A stretch of 64,000 nt of DNA from Macrostomum lignano (GCA_002269645.1 NIVC01002344.1:1-64000); one strand, 5' to 3'. Positions 1-14,019 are shown, numbered from the stretch's first letter. Program-made: numbers and translations. Notes: a model not told the origin generated them from the sequence alone.

Positions 1-3000
1 TGAGTGTCATTTCTAAGCTCTCCATTTAATTTATATTGACAGCGACAGGCTAGTTAGAGATGCTGAGAGTAGCGGGCTCTGCGTCATCTTTGCACCTGTG
101 TATATCAGCCCATTGAGTGTCATTTCTAAGCTCTCCATTTAATTCTATATATTGACAGCGACAGGGCTAGTTAGAGATGCTGAGAGTAGCGGGCTCTGCG
201 TCATCTTTGCACCTGTGTATATCAGCCCCATTGAGTGTCATTTCTAAGCTCTCCATTTAATTCTATATATTGACAGCGACAGGGCTAGTTAGAGATGCTG
301 AGAGTAGCGGGCTCTGCGTCATCTTTGCACCTGTGTATATCAGCCCCATTGAGTGTCATTTCTAAGCTCTCCATTTAATTCTATATATTGACAGCGACAG
401 GCTAGTTAGAGATGCTGAGAGTAGCGGGCTCTGCGTCATCTTTGCACCTGTGTATATCAGCCCATTGAGTGTCATTTCTAAGCTCCATTTAATTCTATAT
501 ATTGACAGCGACAGGGCTAGTTAGAGATGCTGAGAGTAGCGGCTCTGCGTCATCTTTGCACCTGTGTATATCAGCCCATTGAGTGTCATTTCTAAGCTCT
601 CCATTTAATTCTATATATTGACAGCGACAGGGCTAGTTAGAGATGCTGAGAGTAGCGGGCTCTGCGTCATCTTTGCACCTGTGTATATCAGCCCCATTGA
701 GTGTCATTTCTAAGCTCTCCATTTAATTCTATATATTGACAGCGACAGGGCTAGTTAGAGATGCTGAGAGTAGCGGGCTCTGCGTCATCTTTGCACCTGT
801 GTATATCAGCCCCATTGAGTGTCATTTCTAAGCTCTCCATTTAATTCTATATATTGACAGCGACAGGGCTAGTTAGAGATGCTGAGAGTAGCGGGCTCTG
901 CGTCATCTTTGCACCTGTGTATATCAGCCCCATTGAGTGTCATTTCTAAGCTCTCCATTTAATTCTATATATTGACAGCGACAGGGCTAGTTAGAGATGC
1001 TGAGAGTAGCGGGCTCTGCGTCATCTTTGCACCTGTGTATATCAGCCCCATTGAGTGTCATTTCTAAGCTCTCCATTTAATTCTATATATTGACAGCGAC
1101 AGGGCTAGTTAGAGATGCTGAGAGTAGCGGGCTCTGCGTCATCTTTGCACCTGTGTATATCAGCCCATTGAGTGTCATTTCTAAGCTCTCCATTTAATTC
1201 TATATATTGACAGCGACAGGGCTAGTTAGAGATGCTGAGAGTAGCGGGCTCTGCGTCATCTTTGCACCTGTGTATATCAGCCCCATTGAGTGTCATTTCT
1301 AAGCTCTCCATTTAATTCTATATATTGACAGCGACAGGGCTAGTTAGAGATGCTGAGAGTAGCGGGCTCTGCGTCATCTTTGCACCTGTGTATATCAGCC
1401 CCATTGAGTGTCATTTCTAAGCTCTCCATTTAATTCTATATATTGACAGCGACAGGGCTAGTTAGAGATGCTGAGAGTAGCGGGCTCTGCGTCATCTTTG
1501 CACCTGTGTATATCAGCCCCATTGAGTGTCATTTCTAAGCTCTCCATTTAATTCTATATATTGACAGCGACAGGGCTAGTTAGAGATGCTGAGAGTAGCG
1601 GGCTCTGCGTCATCTTTGCACCTGTGTATATCAGCCCCATTGAGTGTCATTTCTAAGCTCTCCATTTAATTCTATATATTGACAGCGACAGGGCTAGTTA
1701 GAGATGCTGAGAGTAGCGGGCTCTGCGTCATCTTTGCACCTGTGTATATCAGCCCCATTGAGTGTCATTTCTAAGCTCTCCATTTAATTCTATATATTGA
1801 CAGCGACAGGGCTAGTTAGAGATGCTGAGAGTAGCGGGCTCTGCGTCATCTTTGCACCTGTGTATATCAGCCCCATTGAGTGTCATTTCTAAGCTCTCCA
1901 TTTAATTCTATATATTGACAGCGACAGGGCTAGTTAGAGATGCTGAGAGTAGCGGGCTCTGCGTCATCTTTGCACCTGTGTATATCAGCCCCATTGAGTG
2001 TCATTTCTAAGCTCTCCATTTAATTCTATATATTGACAGCGACAGGGCTAGTTAGAGATGCTGAGAGTAGCGGGCTCTGCGTCATCTTTGCACCTGTGTA
2101 TATCAGCCCCATTGAGTGTCATTTCTAAGCTCTCCATTTAATTCTATATATTGACAGCGACAGGGCTAGTTAGAGATGCTGAGAGTAGCGGGCTCTGCGT
2201 CATCTTTGCACCTGTGTATATCAGCCCCATTGAGTGTCATTTCTAAGCTCTCCATTTAATTCTATATATTGACAGCGACAGGGCTAGTTAGAGATGCTGA
2301 GAGTAGCGGGCTCTGCGTCATCTTTGCACCTGTGTATATCAGCCCCATTGAGTGTCATTTCTAAGCTCTCCATTTAATTCTATATATTGACAGCGACAGG
2401 GCTAGTTAGAGATGCTGAGAGTAGCGGGCTCTGCGTCATCTTTGCACCTGTGTATATCAGCCCCATTGAGTGTCATTTCTAAGCTCTCCATTTAATTCTA
2501 TATATTGACAGCGACAGGGCTAGTTAGAGATGCTGAGAGTAGCGGGCTCTGCGTCATCTTTGCACCTGTGTATATCAGCCCCATTGAGTGTCATTTCTAA
2601 GCTCTCCATTTAATTCTATATATTGACAGCGACAGGGCTAGTTAGAGATGCTGAGAGTAGCGGGCTCTGCGTCATCTTTGCACCTGTGTATATCAGCCCC
2701 ATTGAGTGTCATTTCTAAGCTCTCCATTTAATTCTATATATTGACAGCGACAGGGCTAGTTAGAGATGCTGAGAGTAGCGGGCTCTGCGTCATCTTTGCA
2801 CCTGTGTATATCAGCCCCATTGAGTGTCATTTCTAAGCTCTCCATTTAATTCTATATATTGACAGCGACAGGGCTAGTTAGAGATGCTGAGAGTAGCGGG
2901 CTCTGCGTCATCTTTGCACCTGTGTATATCAGCCCCATTGAGTGTCATTTCTAAGCTCTCCATTTAATTCTATATATTGACAGCGACAGGGCTAGTTAGA

Positions 3001-6000
3001 GATGCTGAGAGTAGCGGGCTCTGCGTCATCTTTGCACCTGTGTATATCAGCCCCATTGAGTGTCATTTCTAAGCTCTCCATTTAATTCTATATATTGACA
3101 GCGACAGGGCTAGTTAGAGATGCTGAGAGTAGCGGGCTCTGCGTCATCTTTGCACCTGTGTATATCAGCCCCATTGAGTGTCATTTCTAAGCTCTCCATT
3201 TAATTCTATATATTGACAGCGACAGGGCTAGTTAGAGATGCTGAGAGTAGCGGGCTCTGCGTCATCTTTGCACCTGTGTATATCAGCCCCATTGAGTGTC
3301 ATTTCTAAGCTCTCCATTTAATTCTATATATTGACAGCGACAGGCTAGTTAGAGATGCTGAGAGTAGCGGGCTCTGCGTCATCTTTGCACCTGTGTATAT
3401 CAGCCCCATTGAGTGTCATTTCTAAGCTCTCCATTTAATTCTATATATTGACAGCGACAGGGCTAGTTAGAGATGCTGAGAGTAGCGGGCTCTGCGTCAT
3501 CTTTGCACCTGTGTATATCAGCCCCATTGAGTGTCATTTCTAAGCTCTCCATTTAATTCTATATATTGACAGCGACAGGGCTAGTTAGAGATGCTGAGAG
3601 TAGCGGGCTCTGCGTCATCTTTGCACCTGTGTATATCAGCCCCATTGAGTGTCATTTCTAAGCTCTCCATTTAATTCTATATATTGACAGCGACAGGGCT
3701 AGTTAGAGATGCTGAGAGTAGCGGGCTCTGCGTCATCTTTGCACCTGTGTATATCAGCCCCATTGAGTGTCATTTCTAAGCTCTCCATTTAATTCTATAT
3801 ATTGACAGCGACAGGGCTAGTTAGAGATGCTGAGAGTAGCGGGCTCTGCGTCATCTTTGCACCTGTGTATATCAGCCCCATTGAGTGTCATTTCTAAGCT
3901 CTCCATTTAATTCTATATATTGACAGCGACAGGGCTAGTTAGAGATGCTGAGAGTAGCGGGCTCTGCGTCATCTTTGCACCTGTGTATATCAGCCCCATT
4001 GAGTGTCATTTCTAAGCTCTCCATTTAATTCTATATATTGACAGCGACAGGGCTAGTTAGAGATGCTGAGAGTAGCGGGCTCTGCGTCATCTTTGCACCT
4101 GTGTATATCAGCCCCATTGAGTGTCATTTCTAAGCTCTCCATTTAATTCTATATATTGACAGCGACAGGGCTAGTTAGAGATGCTGAGAGTAGCGGGCTC
4201 TGCGTCATCTTTGCACCTGTGTATATCAGCCCCATTGAGTGTCATTTCTAAGCTCTCCATTTAATTCTATATATTGACAGCGACAGGGCTAGTTAGAGAT
4301 GCTGAGAGTAGCGGGCTCTGCGTCATCTTTGCACCTGTGTATATCAGCCCCATTGAGTGTCATTTCTAAGCTCTCCATTTAATTCTATATATTGACAGCG
4401 ACAGGGCTAGTTAGAGATGCTGAGAGTAGCGGGCTCTGCGTCATCTTTGCACCTGTGTATATCAGCCCCATTGAGTGTCATTTCTAAGCTCTCCATTTAA
4501 TTCTATATATTGACAGCGACAGGGCTAGTTAGAGATGCTGAGAGTAGCGGGCTCTGCGTCATCTTTGCACCTGTGTATATCAGCCCCATTGAGTGTCATT
4601 TCTAAGCTCTCCATTTAATTCTATATATTGACAGCGACAGGGCTAGTTAGAGATGCTGAGAGTAGCGGGCTCTGCGTCATCTTTGCACCTGTGTATATCA
4701 GCCCCATTGAGTGTCATTTCTAAGCTCTCCATTTAATTCTATATATTGACAGCGACAGGGCTAGTTAGAGATGCTGAGAGTAGCGGGCTCTGCGTCATCT
4801 TTGCACCTGTGTATATCAGCCCCATTGAGTGTCATTTCTAAGCTCTCCATTTAATTCTATATATTGACAGCGACAGGGCTAGTTAGAGATGCTGAGAGTA
4901 GCGGGCTCTGCGTCATCTTTGCACCTGTGTATATCAGCCCCATTGAGTGTCATTTCTAAGCTCTCCATTTAATTCTATATATTGACAGCGACAGGGCTAG
5001 TTAGAGATGCTGAGAGTAGCGGGCTCTGCGTCATCTTTGCACCTGTGTATATCAGCCCCATTGAGTGTCATTTCTAAGCTCTCCATTTAATTCTATATAT
5101 TGACAGCGACAGGGCTAGTTAGAGATGCTGAGAGTAGCGGGCTCTGCGTCATCTTTGCACCTGTGTATATCAGCCCCATTGAGTGTCATTTCTAAGCTCT
5201 CCATTTAATTCTATATATTGACAGCGACAGGGCTAGTTAGAGATGCTGAGAGTAGCGGGCTCTGCGTCATCTTTGCACCTGTGTATATCAGCCCCATTGA
5301 GTGTCATTTCTAAGCTCTCCATTTAATTCTATATATTGACAGCGACAGGGCTAGTTAGAGATGCTGAGAGTAGCGGGCTCTGCGTCATCTTTGCACCTGT
5401 GTATATCAGCCCCATTGAGTGTCATTTCTAAGCTCTCCATTTAATTCTATATATTGACAGCGACAGGGCTAGTTAGAGATGCTGAGAGTAGCGGGCTCTG
5501 CGTCATCTTTGCACCTGTGTATATCAGCCCCATTGAGTGTCATTTCTAAGCTCTCCATTTAATTCTATATATTGACAGCGACAGGGCTAGTTAGAGATGC
5601 TGAGAGTAGCGGGCTCTGCGTCATCTTTGCACCTGTGTATATCAGCCCATTGAGTGTCATTTCTAAGCTCTCCATTTAATTCTATATATTGACAGCGACA
5701 GGGCTAGTTAGAGATGCTGAGAGTAGCGGCTCTGCGTCATCTTTGCACCTGTGTATATCAGCCCCATTGAGTGTCATTTCTAAGCTCTCCATTTAATTCT
5801 ATATATTGACAGCGACAGGGCTAGTTAGAGATGCTGAGAGTAGCGGGCTCTGCGTCATCTTTGCACCTGTGTATATCAGCCCCATTGAGTGTCATTTCTA
5901 AGCTCTCCATTTAATTCTATATATTGACAGCGACAGGGCTAGTTAGAGATGCTGAGAGTAGCGGGCTCTGCGTCATCTTTGCACCTGTGTATATCAGCCC

Positions 6001-8291
6001 CATTGAGTGTCATTTCTAAGCTCTCCATTTAATTCTATATATTGACAGCGACAGGGCTAGTTAGAGATGCTGAGAGAGCGGGCTCTGCGTCATCTTTGCA
6101 CCTGTGTATATCAGCCCCATTGAGTGTCATTTCTAAGCTCTCCATTTAATTCTATATATTGACAGCGACAGGGCTAGTTAGAGATGCTGAGAGTAGCGGG
6201 CTCTGCGTCATCTTTGCACCTGTGTATATCAGCCCCATTGAGTGTCATTTCTAAGCTCTCCATTTAATTCTATATATTGACAGCGACAGGGCTAGTTAGA
6301 GATGCTGAGAGTAGCGGGCTCTGCGTCATCTTTGCACCTGTGTATATCAGCCCCATTGAGTGTCATTTCTAAGCTCTCCATTTAATTCTATATATTGACA
6401 GCGACAGGGCTAGTTAGAGATGCTGAGAGTAGCGGGCTCTGCGTCATCTTTGCACCTGTGTATATCAGCCCCATTGAGTGTCATTTCTAAGCTCTCCATT
6501 TAATTCTATATATTGACAGCGACAGGGCTAGTTAGAGATGCTGAGAGTAGCGGGCTCTGCGTCATCTTTGCACCTGTGTATATCAGCCCCATTGAGTGTC
6601 ATTTCTAAGCTCTCCATTTAATTCTATATATTGACAGCGACAGGGCTAGTTAGAGATGCTGAGAGTAGCGGGCTCTGCGTCATCTTTGCACCTGTGTATA
6701 TCAGCCCCATTGAGTGTCATTTCTAAGCTCTCCATTTAATTCTATATATTGACAGCGACAGGGCTAGTTAGAGATGCTGAGAGTAGCGGGCTCTGCGTCA
6801 TCTTTGCACCTGTGTATATCAGCCCCATTGAGTGTCATTTCTAAGCTCTCCATTTAATTCTATATATTGACAGCGACAGGGCTAGTTAGAGATGCTGAGA
6901 GTAGCGGGCTCTGCGTCATCTTTGCACCTGTGTATATCAGCCCCATTGAGTGTCATTTCTAAGCTCTCCATTTAATTCTATATATTGACAGCGACAGGGC
7001 TAGTTAGAGATGCTGAGAGTAGCGGGCTCTGCGTCATCTTTGCACCTGTGTATATCAGCCCCATTGAGTGTCATTTCTAAGCTCTCCATTTAATTCTATA
7101 TATTGACAGCGACAGGGCTAGTTAGAGATGCTGAGAGTAGCGGGCTCTGCGTCATCTTTGCACCTGTGTATATCAGCCCCATTGAGTGTCATTTCTAAGC
7201 TCTCCATTTAATTCTATATATTGACAGCGACAGGGCTAGTTAGAGATGCTGAGAGTAGCGGGCTCTGCGTCATCTTTGCACCTGTGTATATCAGCCCCAT
7301 TGAGTGTCATTTCTAAGCTCTCCATTTAATTCTATATATTGACAGCGACAGGGCTAGTTAGAGATGCTGAGAGTAGCGGGCTCTGCGTCATCTTTGCACC
7401 TGTGTATATCAGCCCCATTGAGTGTCATTTCTAAGCTCTCCATTTAATTCTATATATTGACAGCGACAGGGCTAGTTAGAGATGCTGAGAGTAGCGGGCT
7501 CTGCGTCATCTTTGCACCTGTGTATATCAGCCCCATTGAGTGTCATTTCTAAGCTCTCCATTTAATTCTATATATTGACAGCGACAGGGCTAGTTAGAGA
7601 TGCTGAGAGTAGCGGGCTCTGCGTCATCTTTGCACCTGTGTATATCAGCCCCATTGAGTGTCATTTCTAAGCTCTCCATTTAATTCTATATATTGACAGC
7701 GACAGGGCTAGTTAGAGATGCTGAGAGTAGCGGGCTCTGCGTCATCTTTGCACCTGTGTATATCAGCCCCATTGAGTGTCATTTCTAAGCTCTCCATTTA
7801 ATTCTATATATTGACAGCGACAGGGCTAGTTAGAGATGCTGAGAGTAGCGGGCTCTGCGTCATCTTTGCACCTGTGTATATCAGCCCCATTGAGTGTCAT
7901 TTCTAAGCTCTCCATTTAATTCTATATATTGACAGCGACAGGGCTAGTTAGAGATGCTGAGAGTAGCGGGCTCTGCGTCATCTTTGCACCTGTGTATATC
8001 AGCCCCATTGAGTGTCATTTCTAAGCTCTCCATTTAATTCTATATATTGACAGCGACAGGGCTAGTTAGAGATGCTGAGAGTAGCGGGCTCTGCGTCATC
8101 TTTGCACCTGTGTATATCAGCCCCATTGAGTGTCATTTCTAAGCTCTCCATTTAATTCTATATATTGACAGCGACAGGGCTAGTTAGAGATGCTGAGAGT
8201 AGCGGGCTCTGCGTCATCTTTGCACCTGTGTATATCAGCCCCATTGAGTGTCATTTCTAAGCTCTCCATTTAATTCTATATATTGACAGCG
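1..8291. repeat. 118-bp tandem satellite, about 70 copies, continues past the window start
   Basis: Unit TGAGTGTCATTTCTAAGCTCTCC...TATATCAGCCCCAT recurs every 118 bp (e.g. 1641 to 2231 = 5 units). Variants are almost only 1-2 nt indels in homopolymer or dinucleotide runs. Confidence 0.98.
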
Positions 8292-9438
8292 CCGCTATAG
8301 TTTAAATCCATGTTTGAATTTACTGCGCTCGTACATTTTAACTTATACTTGATATTGACAGGTTAGCTCAGAAATATTTCGCCAGCTTCTTTAGTAATGG
8401 CTTTTTATCAAAATACAATTGGGCTTTGCTTTTACTTTTGGTTTGGTCACCTGCTGTGAGCGTTCCACTTTTTATCTATATATTGTTTTGTATTATGCAC
8501 AGCGGTTTGTTTGGAGGTGTGTTTCGCGCTTTTCTCGATCTTTCCACTGTAGCTGGATTTTGAGTAAAGATAAGAATCGCAGTTCTCACGATTGCTTAAA
8601 AGCAAATACGTGCTCTGGGTATGCTCAAGATTGCGCAATGCTCGGTGACAGTGATGGGTGGTTCATGGTGGAAGACACCTATCTAAGCAAATTTGTTGCA
8701 CCAAACTTATGATTGCGCCATTATCGTAAAGAATAGTGTCAAGCAGTTCCAAATATGTAAAATTGTAAACTTTATTTAGTCACCAAAGAGAAATTTTATC
8801 TACTCTTTGATTTGTTGATGACTGACTTCATCCTAATTTTTGAGCATATACGTCTTTTTCTTGCATATTTAATCTATTTCTCGAATTTCTATTTTGCATC
8901 ATTCATTTAATTCCTATCCAATTCATTGTGTGTCATTTATTTTTTATCCACTGCCCACTGTATATTGACAGCAGCGGATCTCACAGAGCTACTCAATGAA
9001 TTGAAAATGCAGAAATAACTGAGTATTCGAAACCCAAACTGGATTAGGGTCGATCAGTGAGTCTGGCTGTGAGGCTGTGAATGAGGCAGTGAATGAGGCT
9101 GTGAATGAGGCTGTGAATGTGAGTGGGGCATATTGTACCTAATGTATGTTTCATGCTGGTTAATGCGCATGTTTCATTTTGAATCAAAGTAATTTGGTGT
9201 CAAAATGAGTCACTACTGAAATGAAGCAGTCCACCCCTTTGAGTCTAAAAGCATAGTGGATTTGACACGTACTATGAACGTGAAATATTTTGACCACCCC
9301 ATTCCGAACCAATGAAAATTAGAGTGAACTTGTTGATGTCAAACTGCCGCTTCATATAAAATGGGACTTCAGTTGGCCTTTCAAAAAGCCAGATTTCTAT
9401 TTGTCAATTAATTTCATTTTTTCAATAAATTAACCCAA

Positions 9439-11454
9439 ATGTCCAAACAATTGGAGTTCATAAAACAGCTGATAAGCCGCAAAGGCAAATGCTATGACGT
9501 CGCTAAGCGGCAAAAGTCGTTTGAGAAAGAGCTCGCCGCGTCTGATCGATTCCAGTTAATGGTAAGTGAAGGTGAAGAGCAATATTTTTACCAATAACTG
9601 CCCTGTCTCTACCATTCTACCCTGTCTCTACCATTCTACCCTGTCTCTACCATTCTACCCTGTCTCTACCATTCTACCCTGTCTCTACCATTCTACCCTG
9701 TCTCTACCATTCTGCCCTGTCTCTACCATTCTACCCTGTCTCTACCATTCTGCCCTGTCTCTACCATTCTACCCTGTCTCTACCATTCTGCCCTGTCTCT
9801 ACCATTCTGCCCTTTCTCTACCATTCTGCCCTGTCTCTACCATTCTGCCCTGTCTCTACCATTCTGCCCTGTCTCTACCATTCTGCCCTGTCTCTACCAT
9901 TCTGCCCTGTCTCTACCATACTGCCCTGTTTCTACCATACTGCCCTGTCTCTACCATTCTGCCCTGTCTCTACCATTCTGCCCTGTCTCTACCATTCTGC
10001 CCTGTCTCTACCATTCTGCCCTGTCTCTACCATTCTGCCCTGTCTCTACCATTCTGCCCTGTGTCTACCATACTGCCCTGTTTCTACCATACTGCCCTGT
10101 CTCTACCATTCTACCCTGTCTCTACCATTCTACCATGTCTCTACCATTCTACCCTGTCTCTACCATTCTGCCCTGTCTCTACCATTCTACCCTGTCTCTA
10201 CCATTCTGCCCTGTCTCTACCATTCTACCCTGTCTCTACCATTCTGCCCTGTCTCTACCATTCTGCCCTGTCTCTACCATTCTGCCCTGTCTCTACCATT
10301 CTGCCCTGTCTCTACCATTCTGCCCTGTCTCTACCATTCTGCCCTGTCTCTACCATACTGCCCTGTCTCTACCATACTGCCCTGTCTCTACCATTCTGCC
10401 CTGTCTCTACCATTCTGCCCTTTCTCTACCAATAACTGCCCTGTCTCTACCATTCTGCCCTGTCTCTACCATTCTACCCTGTCTCTACCATTCTGCCCTG
10501 TCTCTACCATTCTACCCTGTCTCTACCATTCTGCCCTGTCTCTACCATTCTGCCCTGTCTCTACCATTCTGCCCTGTCTCTACCATTCTGCCCTGTCTCT
10601 ACCATTCTGCCCTGTCTCTACCATACTGCCCTGTTTCTACCATACTGCCCTGTCTCTACCATTCTGCCCTGTCTCTACCATTCTGCCCTGTCTCTACCAT
10701 TCTGCCCTGTCTCTACCATACTGCCCTGTCTCTACCATACTGCCCTGTCTCTACCATTCTGCCCTGTCTCTACCATTCTGCCCTTTCTCTACCAATAACT
10801 GCCCTGTCTCTACCATTCTGCCCTGTCTCTACCAATAACTGCCCTGTCTCTACCATTCTGCCCTGTCTCTACCATTCTGCCCTGTCTCTACCATTCTGCC
10901 CTGTCTCTACCATTCTGCCCTGTCTCTACCAATAACTGCCCTGTCTCTACCATTCTGCCCTGTCTCTACCATTCTGCCCTGTCTCTACCATTCTGCCCTT
11001 TCTCTACCAATAACTGCCCTGTCTCTACCATTCTGCCCTGTCTCTACCAATAACTGCCCTGTCTCTACCATTCTGCCCTGTCTCTACCATTCTGCCCTGT
11101 CTCTACCATTCTGCCCTGTCTCTACCATTCTGCCCTGTCTCTACCAATAACTGCCCTGTCTCTACCATTCTGCCCTGTCTCTACCATTCTGCCCTGTCTC
11201 TACCATTCTGCCCTGTCTCTACCATACTGCCCTGTCTCTACCATTCTGCCCTGTCTCTACCATTCTGCCCTGTCTCTACCAATAACTGCAATTTCTCTAC
11301 TCAGACCGATGCGTCACAGCCCGGATCAGCTGAGCAGCCGCCCACCGCAGCCCAGCAGCCGCCCGGCCCAGCTGAGCGGCCCAAGTCGCATGCCGGCAGG
11401 AGTACATTTGCCCATTCGGTGACTGCCTACCAATGCACTATTTCAACATGCTAA
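9439..11454 (+). CDS. Putative two-exon orphan gene, about 90 aa (exons 9439-9561, 11305-11454)
   Basis: ATG at 9439 gives MSKQLEFIKQLISRKGKCYDVAKRQKSFEKELAASDRFQLM, then a GTAAGT donor at 9562. Acceptor CTCTACTCAG at 11304 continues in phase 0 with TDASQPGSAEQPP...TISTC*. No recognisable domain. Confidence 0.4.
9588..11288. repeat. 19-bp minisatellite (CTGCCCTGTCTCTACCATT)n filling the putative intron
   Basis: Visible tandem period of 19, close to 90 copies. Confidence 0.95.
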
Positions 11455-11835
11455 TATAACTATTTTCTAACATGTGAAACATGTAAAGATAATATAATAT
11501 TTGAAAACTTATTAATTATAACTAAAATTCGTATGCACATAAAATATAATTATAAAATTTGCAAGTAAATAATATATATAACTAAAATAGCTGGACTTGT
11601 GTCTAATGCGATTTATTTGAAACCCTTTGGAGCTGCGATCGAATTATTTTCGCATTTCTACTATTAGTAGCATGTAATGCAAAATTTATAGTTTTTTGCG
11701 AAACTTTTATGTGTCATATTTCGAAATATTCTGGTCGGATATATTTTTTTGGAGTGTCATATCTGTGATGTGGCCTGTCGGGTATCCCCTACGATGTGCG
11801 TCATTTCTTTGTTTTGGGTCATCACTGATAACATA

Positions 11836-12270
11836 GGGGCGGATGTCCAAGAGGCAGATGTCAAGGGGCAAATGTCCAAGGGGCGGTTGTCTTGGAGGCG
11901 GATGTCCAAGAGGCGATGTCCAAGGGGCGGATGTCCAAGGGGCGGATGTTCAAGGGGCGGATGTCCAAGAGGCAGATGTCAAGGGGCAAATGTCCAAGGG
12001 GCAGTTGTCTTAGAGGCGGATGTCCAAGAGGCGATGTCTAAGAGGCGGATGTCTAAGAGGCGAATGTCCAAGGGGCGGATGTCCAAGAGGCGATGTCTAA
12101 GAGGCGGATGTCTAAGGGGCGGATGTCCAAAGGGCGGATGTCTAAGGGGCGGATGTCCAAAGGGCGGATGTCTAAGGGGCGAATGTCCAAGGGGTGGATG
12201 TCGAAGGGGCGGATATCCAGGGGGCTGATGTCGAAGGCGCGGTTGTCCAAGGGGCGGATGTCGAAGGGGT
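11836..12270. repeat. 15-bp minisatellite (AGGGGCGGATGTCCA)n
   Basis: Tandem period of 15, degenerate at both edges. Confidence 0.9.
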
Positions 12271-12304
12271 TAATCTGAGCTGCAAAGCAGTGCTCATGGC
12301 TCAC

Positions 12305-12550
12305 CAAGTACAGCAGGAACTTCTTGTTCTTCAGGATGGCCACAAAGCCCATGGCGCCAATGGCGATGTCAACCAGGCCGTTGAAAATAGCGGTGAACCC
12401 GTTGACCTCGAGTCCCTCCACGTTTTGCAGATCAATCTCGGTGGTGGCGGCCAGGTAGATACCATAGCCAAGGGTTGCCAAGCCCATAAAGACAAAGACT
12501 CCGAAGGCCGCCAACAGAATGCGCCGAACTGTTTCGTTAGAGAAAAACAT
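12305..12550 (-). CDS. Tetraspanin-like first exon (TM1-TM2, 82 codons); later exons not found
   Basis: MFFSNETVRRILLAAFGVFVFMGLATLGYGIYL...GAMGFVAILKNKKFLLYL, then a GTGAG donor at 12304. Same layout and phase-0 intron position as exon 1 of the three complete tetraspanins. Confidence 0.6.
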
Positions 12551-12957
12551 GATGTCTTCTTATCTTAGCTGTTAGAATGAGAACTAATTCCAATCCCTTA
12601 GCCAAGTTGAGCTGGGTTCTTCTGATCGACTCTTGATAACTGCTCGCCAACACCCCTCGGTCCCGAGCAAGGGCAGAGCGAAAAAGAAGGACATCGCGCT
12701 ATTAGTCTATGGCCAGAGCTCCCTGGATTCCAAAAATCCTGTAGGAATCTGAAGACGCAGCCGAAAGCTCACTGTTCGCATATTTTTTTATTTGCACTTT
12801 TCATATTTGCCGCCAATTTAGATTATGACACATACTTATGACACATACATATTTAGATTATGACAGAACCCGAATTATTCAGTGTTTTCTTCATCAAAAA
12901 CATACATTACAATAGGTGCATGGTGTAAAGCATGCTGAACATTGCGTAATTAAATTA

Positions 12958-13316
12958 TCCTGACACCATTAATTAACTGAGGTAGCAATCATTGATGCTA
13001 ATTAGCCCGACACCAATTAACTACCTGAGTGAGTATAATCGGTGCTAATTAGCCTGACACCAATTAACTACCTGAGTGAGTATAATCGGTGCTAATTAGC
13101 CTGACACCAATTAACTACCTGAGTGAGTAATAATCATTGCTAGTTAGCCCGACACTTATCTACCTGATTGAATAATAATCGGTGCTAATTAGCCTGACCC
13201 CAATTAACTACCTGAGTGAGCAATAATCAGTGCTAATTAGCCTGACTCCAGTTAACTACCCGAGTGAGTAATAATCAATGCTAATTAGCATGACACCAAT
13301 TAACTACCTGAGTAAG
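12958..13316. repeat. 47/48-bp minisatellite, array 1
   Basis: Unit TAATCGGTGCTAATTAGCCTGACACCAATTAACTACCTGAGTGAG; period 47 (13021 to 13068). Confidence 0.9.
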
Positions 13317-13493
13317 TCCCTGTTGCTGGTGTGTTTGGTGCTGGCGCGAGTTCAGACTGCGTGAGCGACAAAGAGTAAAAAATGCAAAAACGATTCACTG
13401 AGTCAGAACTAATAGTCTAAAATTGCAGACCTCGTTCTAAGCCCTCCGCAAAGCAACACTGGACTGCGATCTCAAGTAGCGCGTTAATTGTTT

Positions 13494-13828
13494 TGAACCT
13501 ATACCCACACCTACATAGAACCTATACCCACACCTACACAGAACCTATACCCACACCTGCATAGAACCTATACCCACACCTACATAGAACCTATACCCAC
13601 ACCTACACAGAACCTATACCCACACCTACACAGAACCTATGCCCACACCTACATAGAACCTATACCCACACCTACATAGACCTATACCCACACCTACACA
13701 GAACCTATACCCACACCTACATAGAACCTACCCACACCTACACAGAACCTATACCCACACCTACATAGAACCTACCCACACCTACATAGAACCTACCCAC
13801 ACCTACATAGAACCTATACCCACACCCA
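13494..13828. repeat. 23-bp minisatellite (ACACCTACATAGAACCTATACCC)n
   Basis: Period 23 (13501 to 13524), about 14 copies. Confidence 0.92.
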
Positions 13829-14019
13829 CCCCCTGGGAATCCATACCCAGACTGTGAGCAGCGCACATGAATAGTCTCATTGGCTGTTCAAATCGCTCAT
13901 CCAAAACGCATACGTGTATAAAACTGCGTGCTCCTGCAGTTTCGTAAGCCAGTGTAAACTGAATTGTTAAGAAGCGACAAAAATACAGAATTGTTCAATC
14001 CAAAGCAATCTAGCATAGC

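Noticed and set aside
1-8291. 118-bp unit as 5S rDNA, SL RNA, a hammerhead-ribozyme repeat or a CRISPR array
   Set aside because: No 5S internal A/C boxes or terminal stem, no CTGANGA plus GAAA core on either strand, no recognisable leader or Sm site, and no unique spacers.
8350-9060. Possible plus-strand exons after TATTGACAG acceptors (8362-8455, 8503 onward, 8972-9057)
   Set aside because: Splice-like signals are present, but I could not join them into a consistent open frame, and the 8972 segment has stops in all three frames.
9566-10935. Long PCLYHSALSLPFCPVSTIL ORFs
   Set aside because: Read-through of the 19-bp minisatellite.
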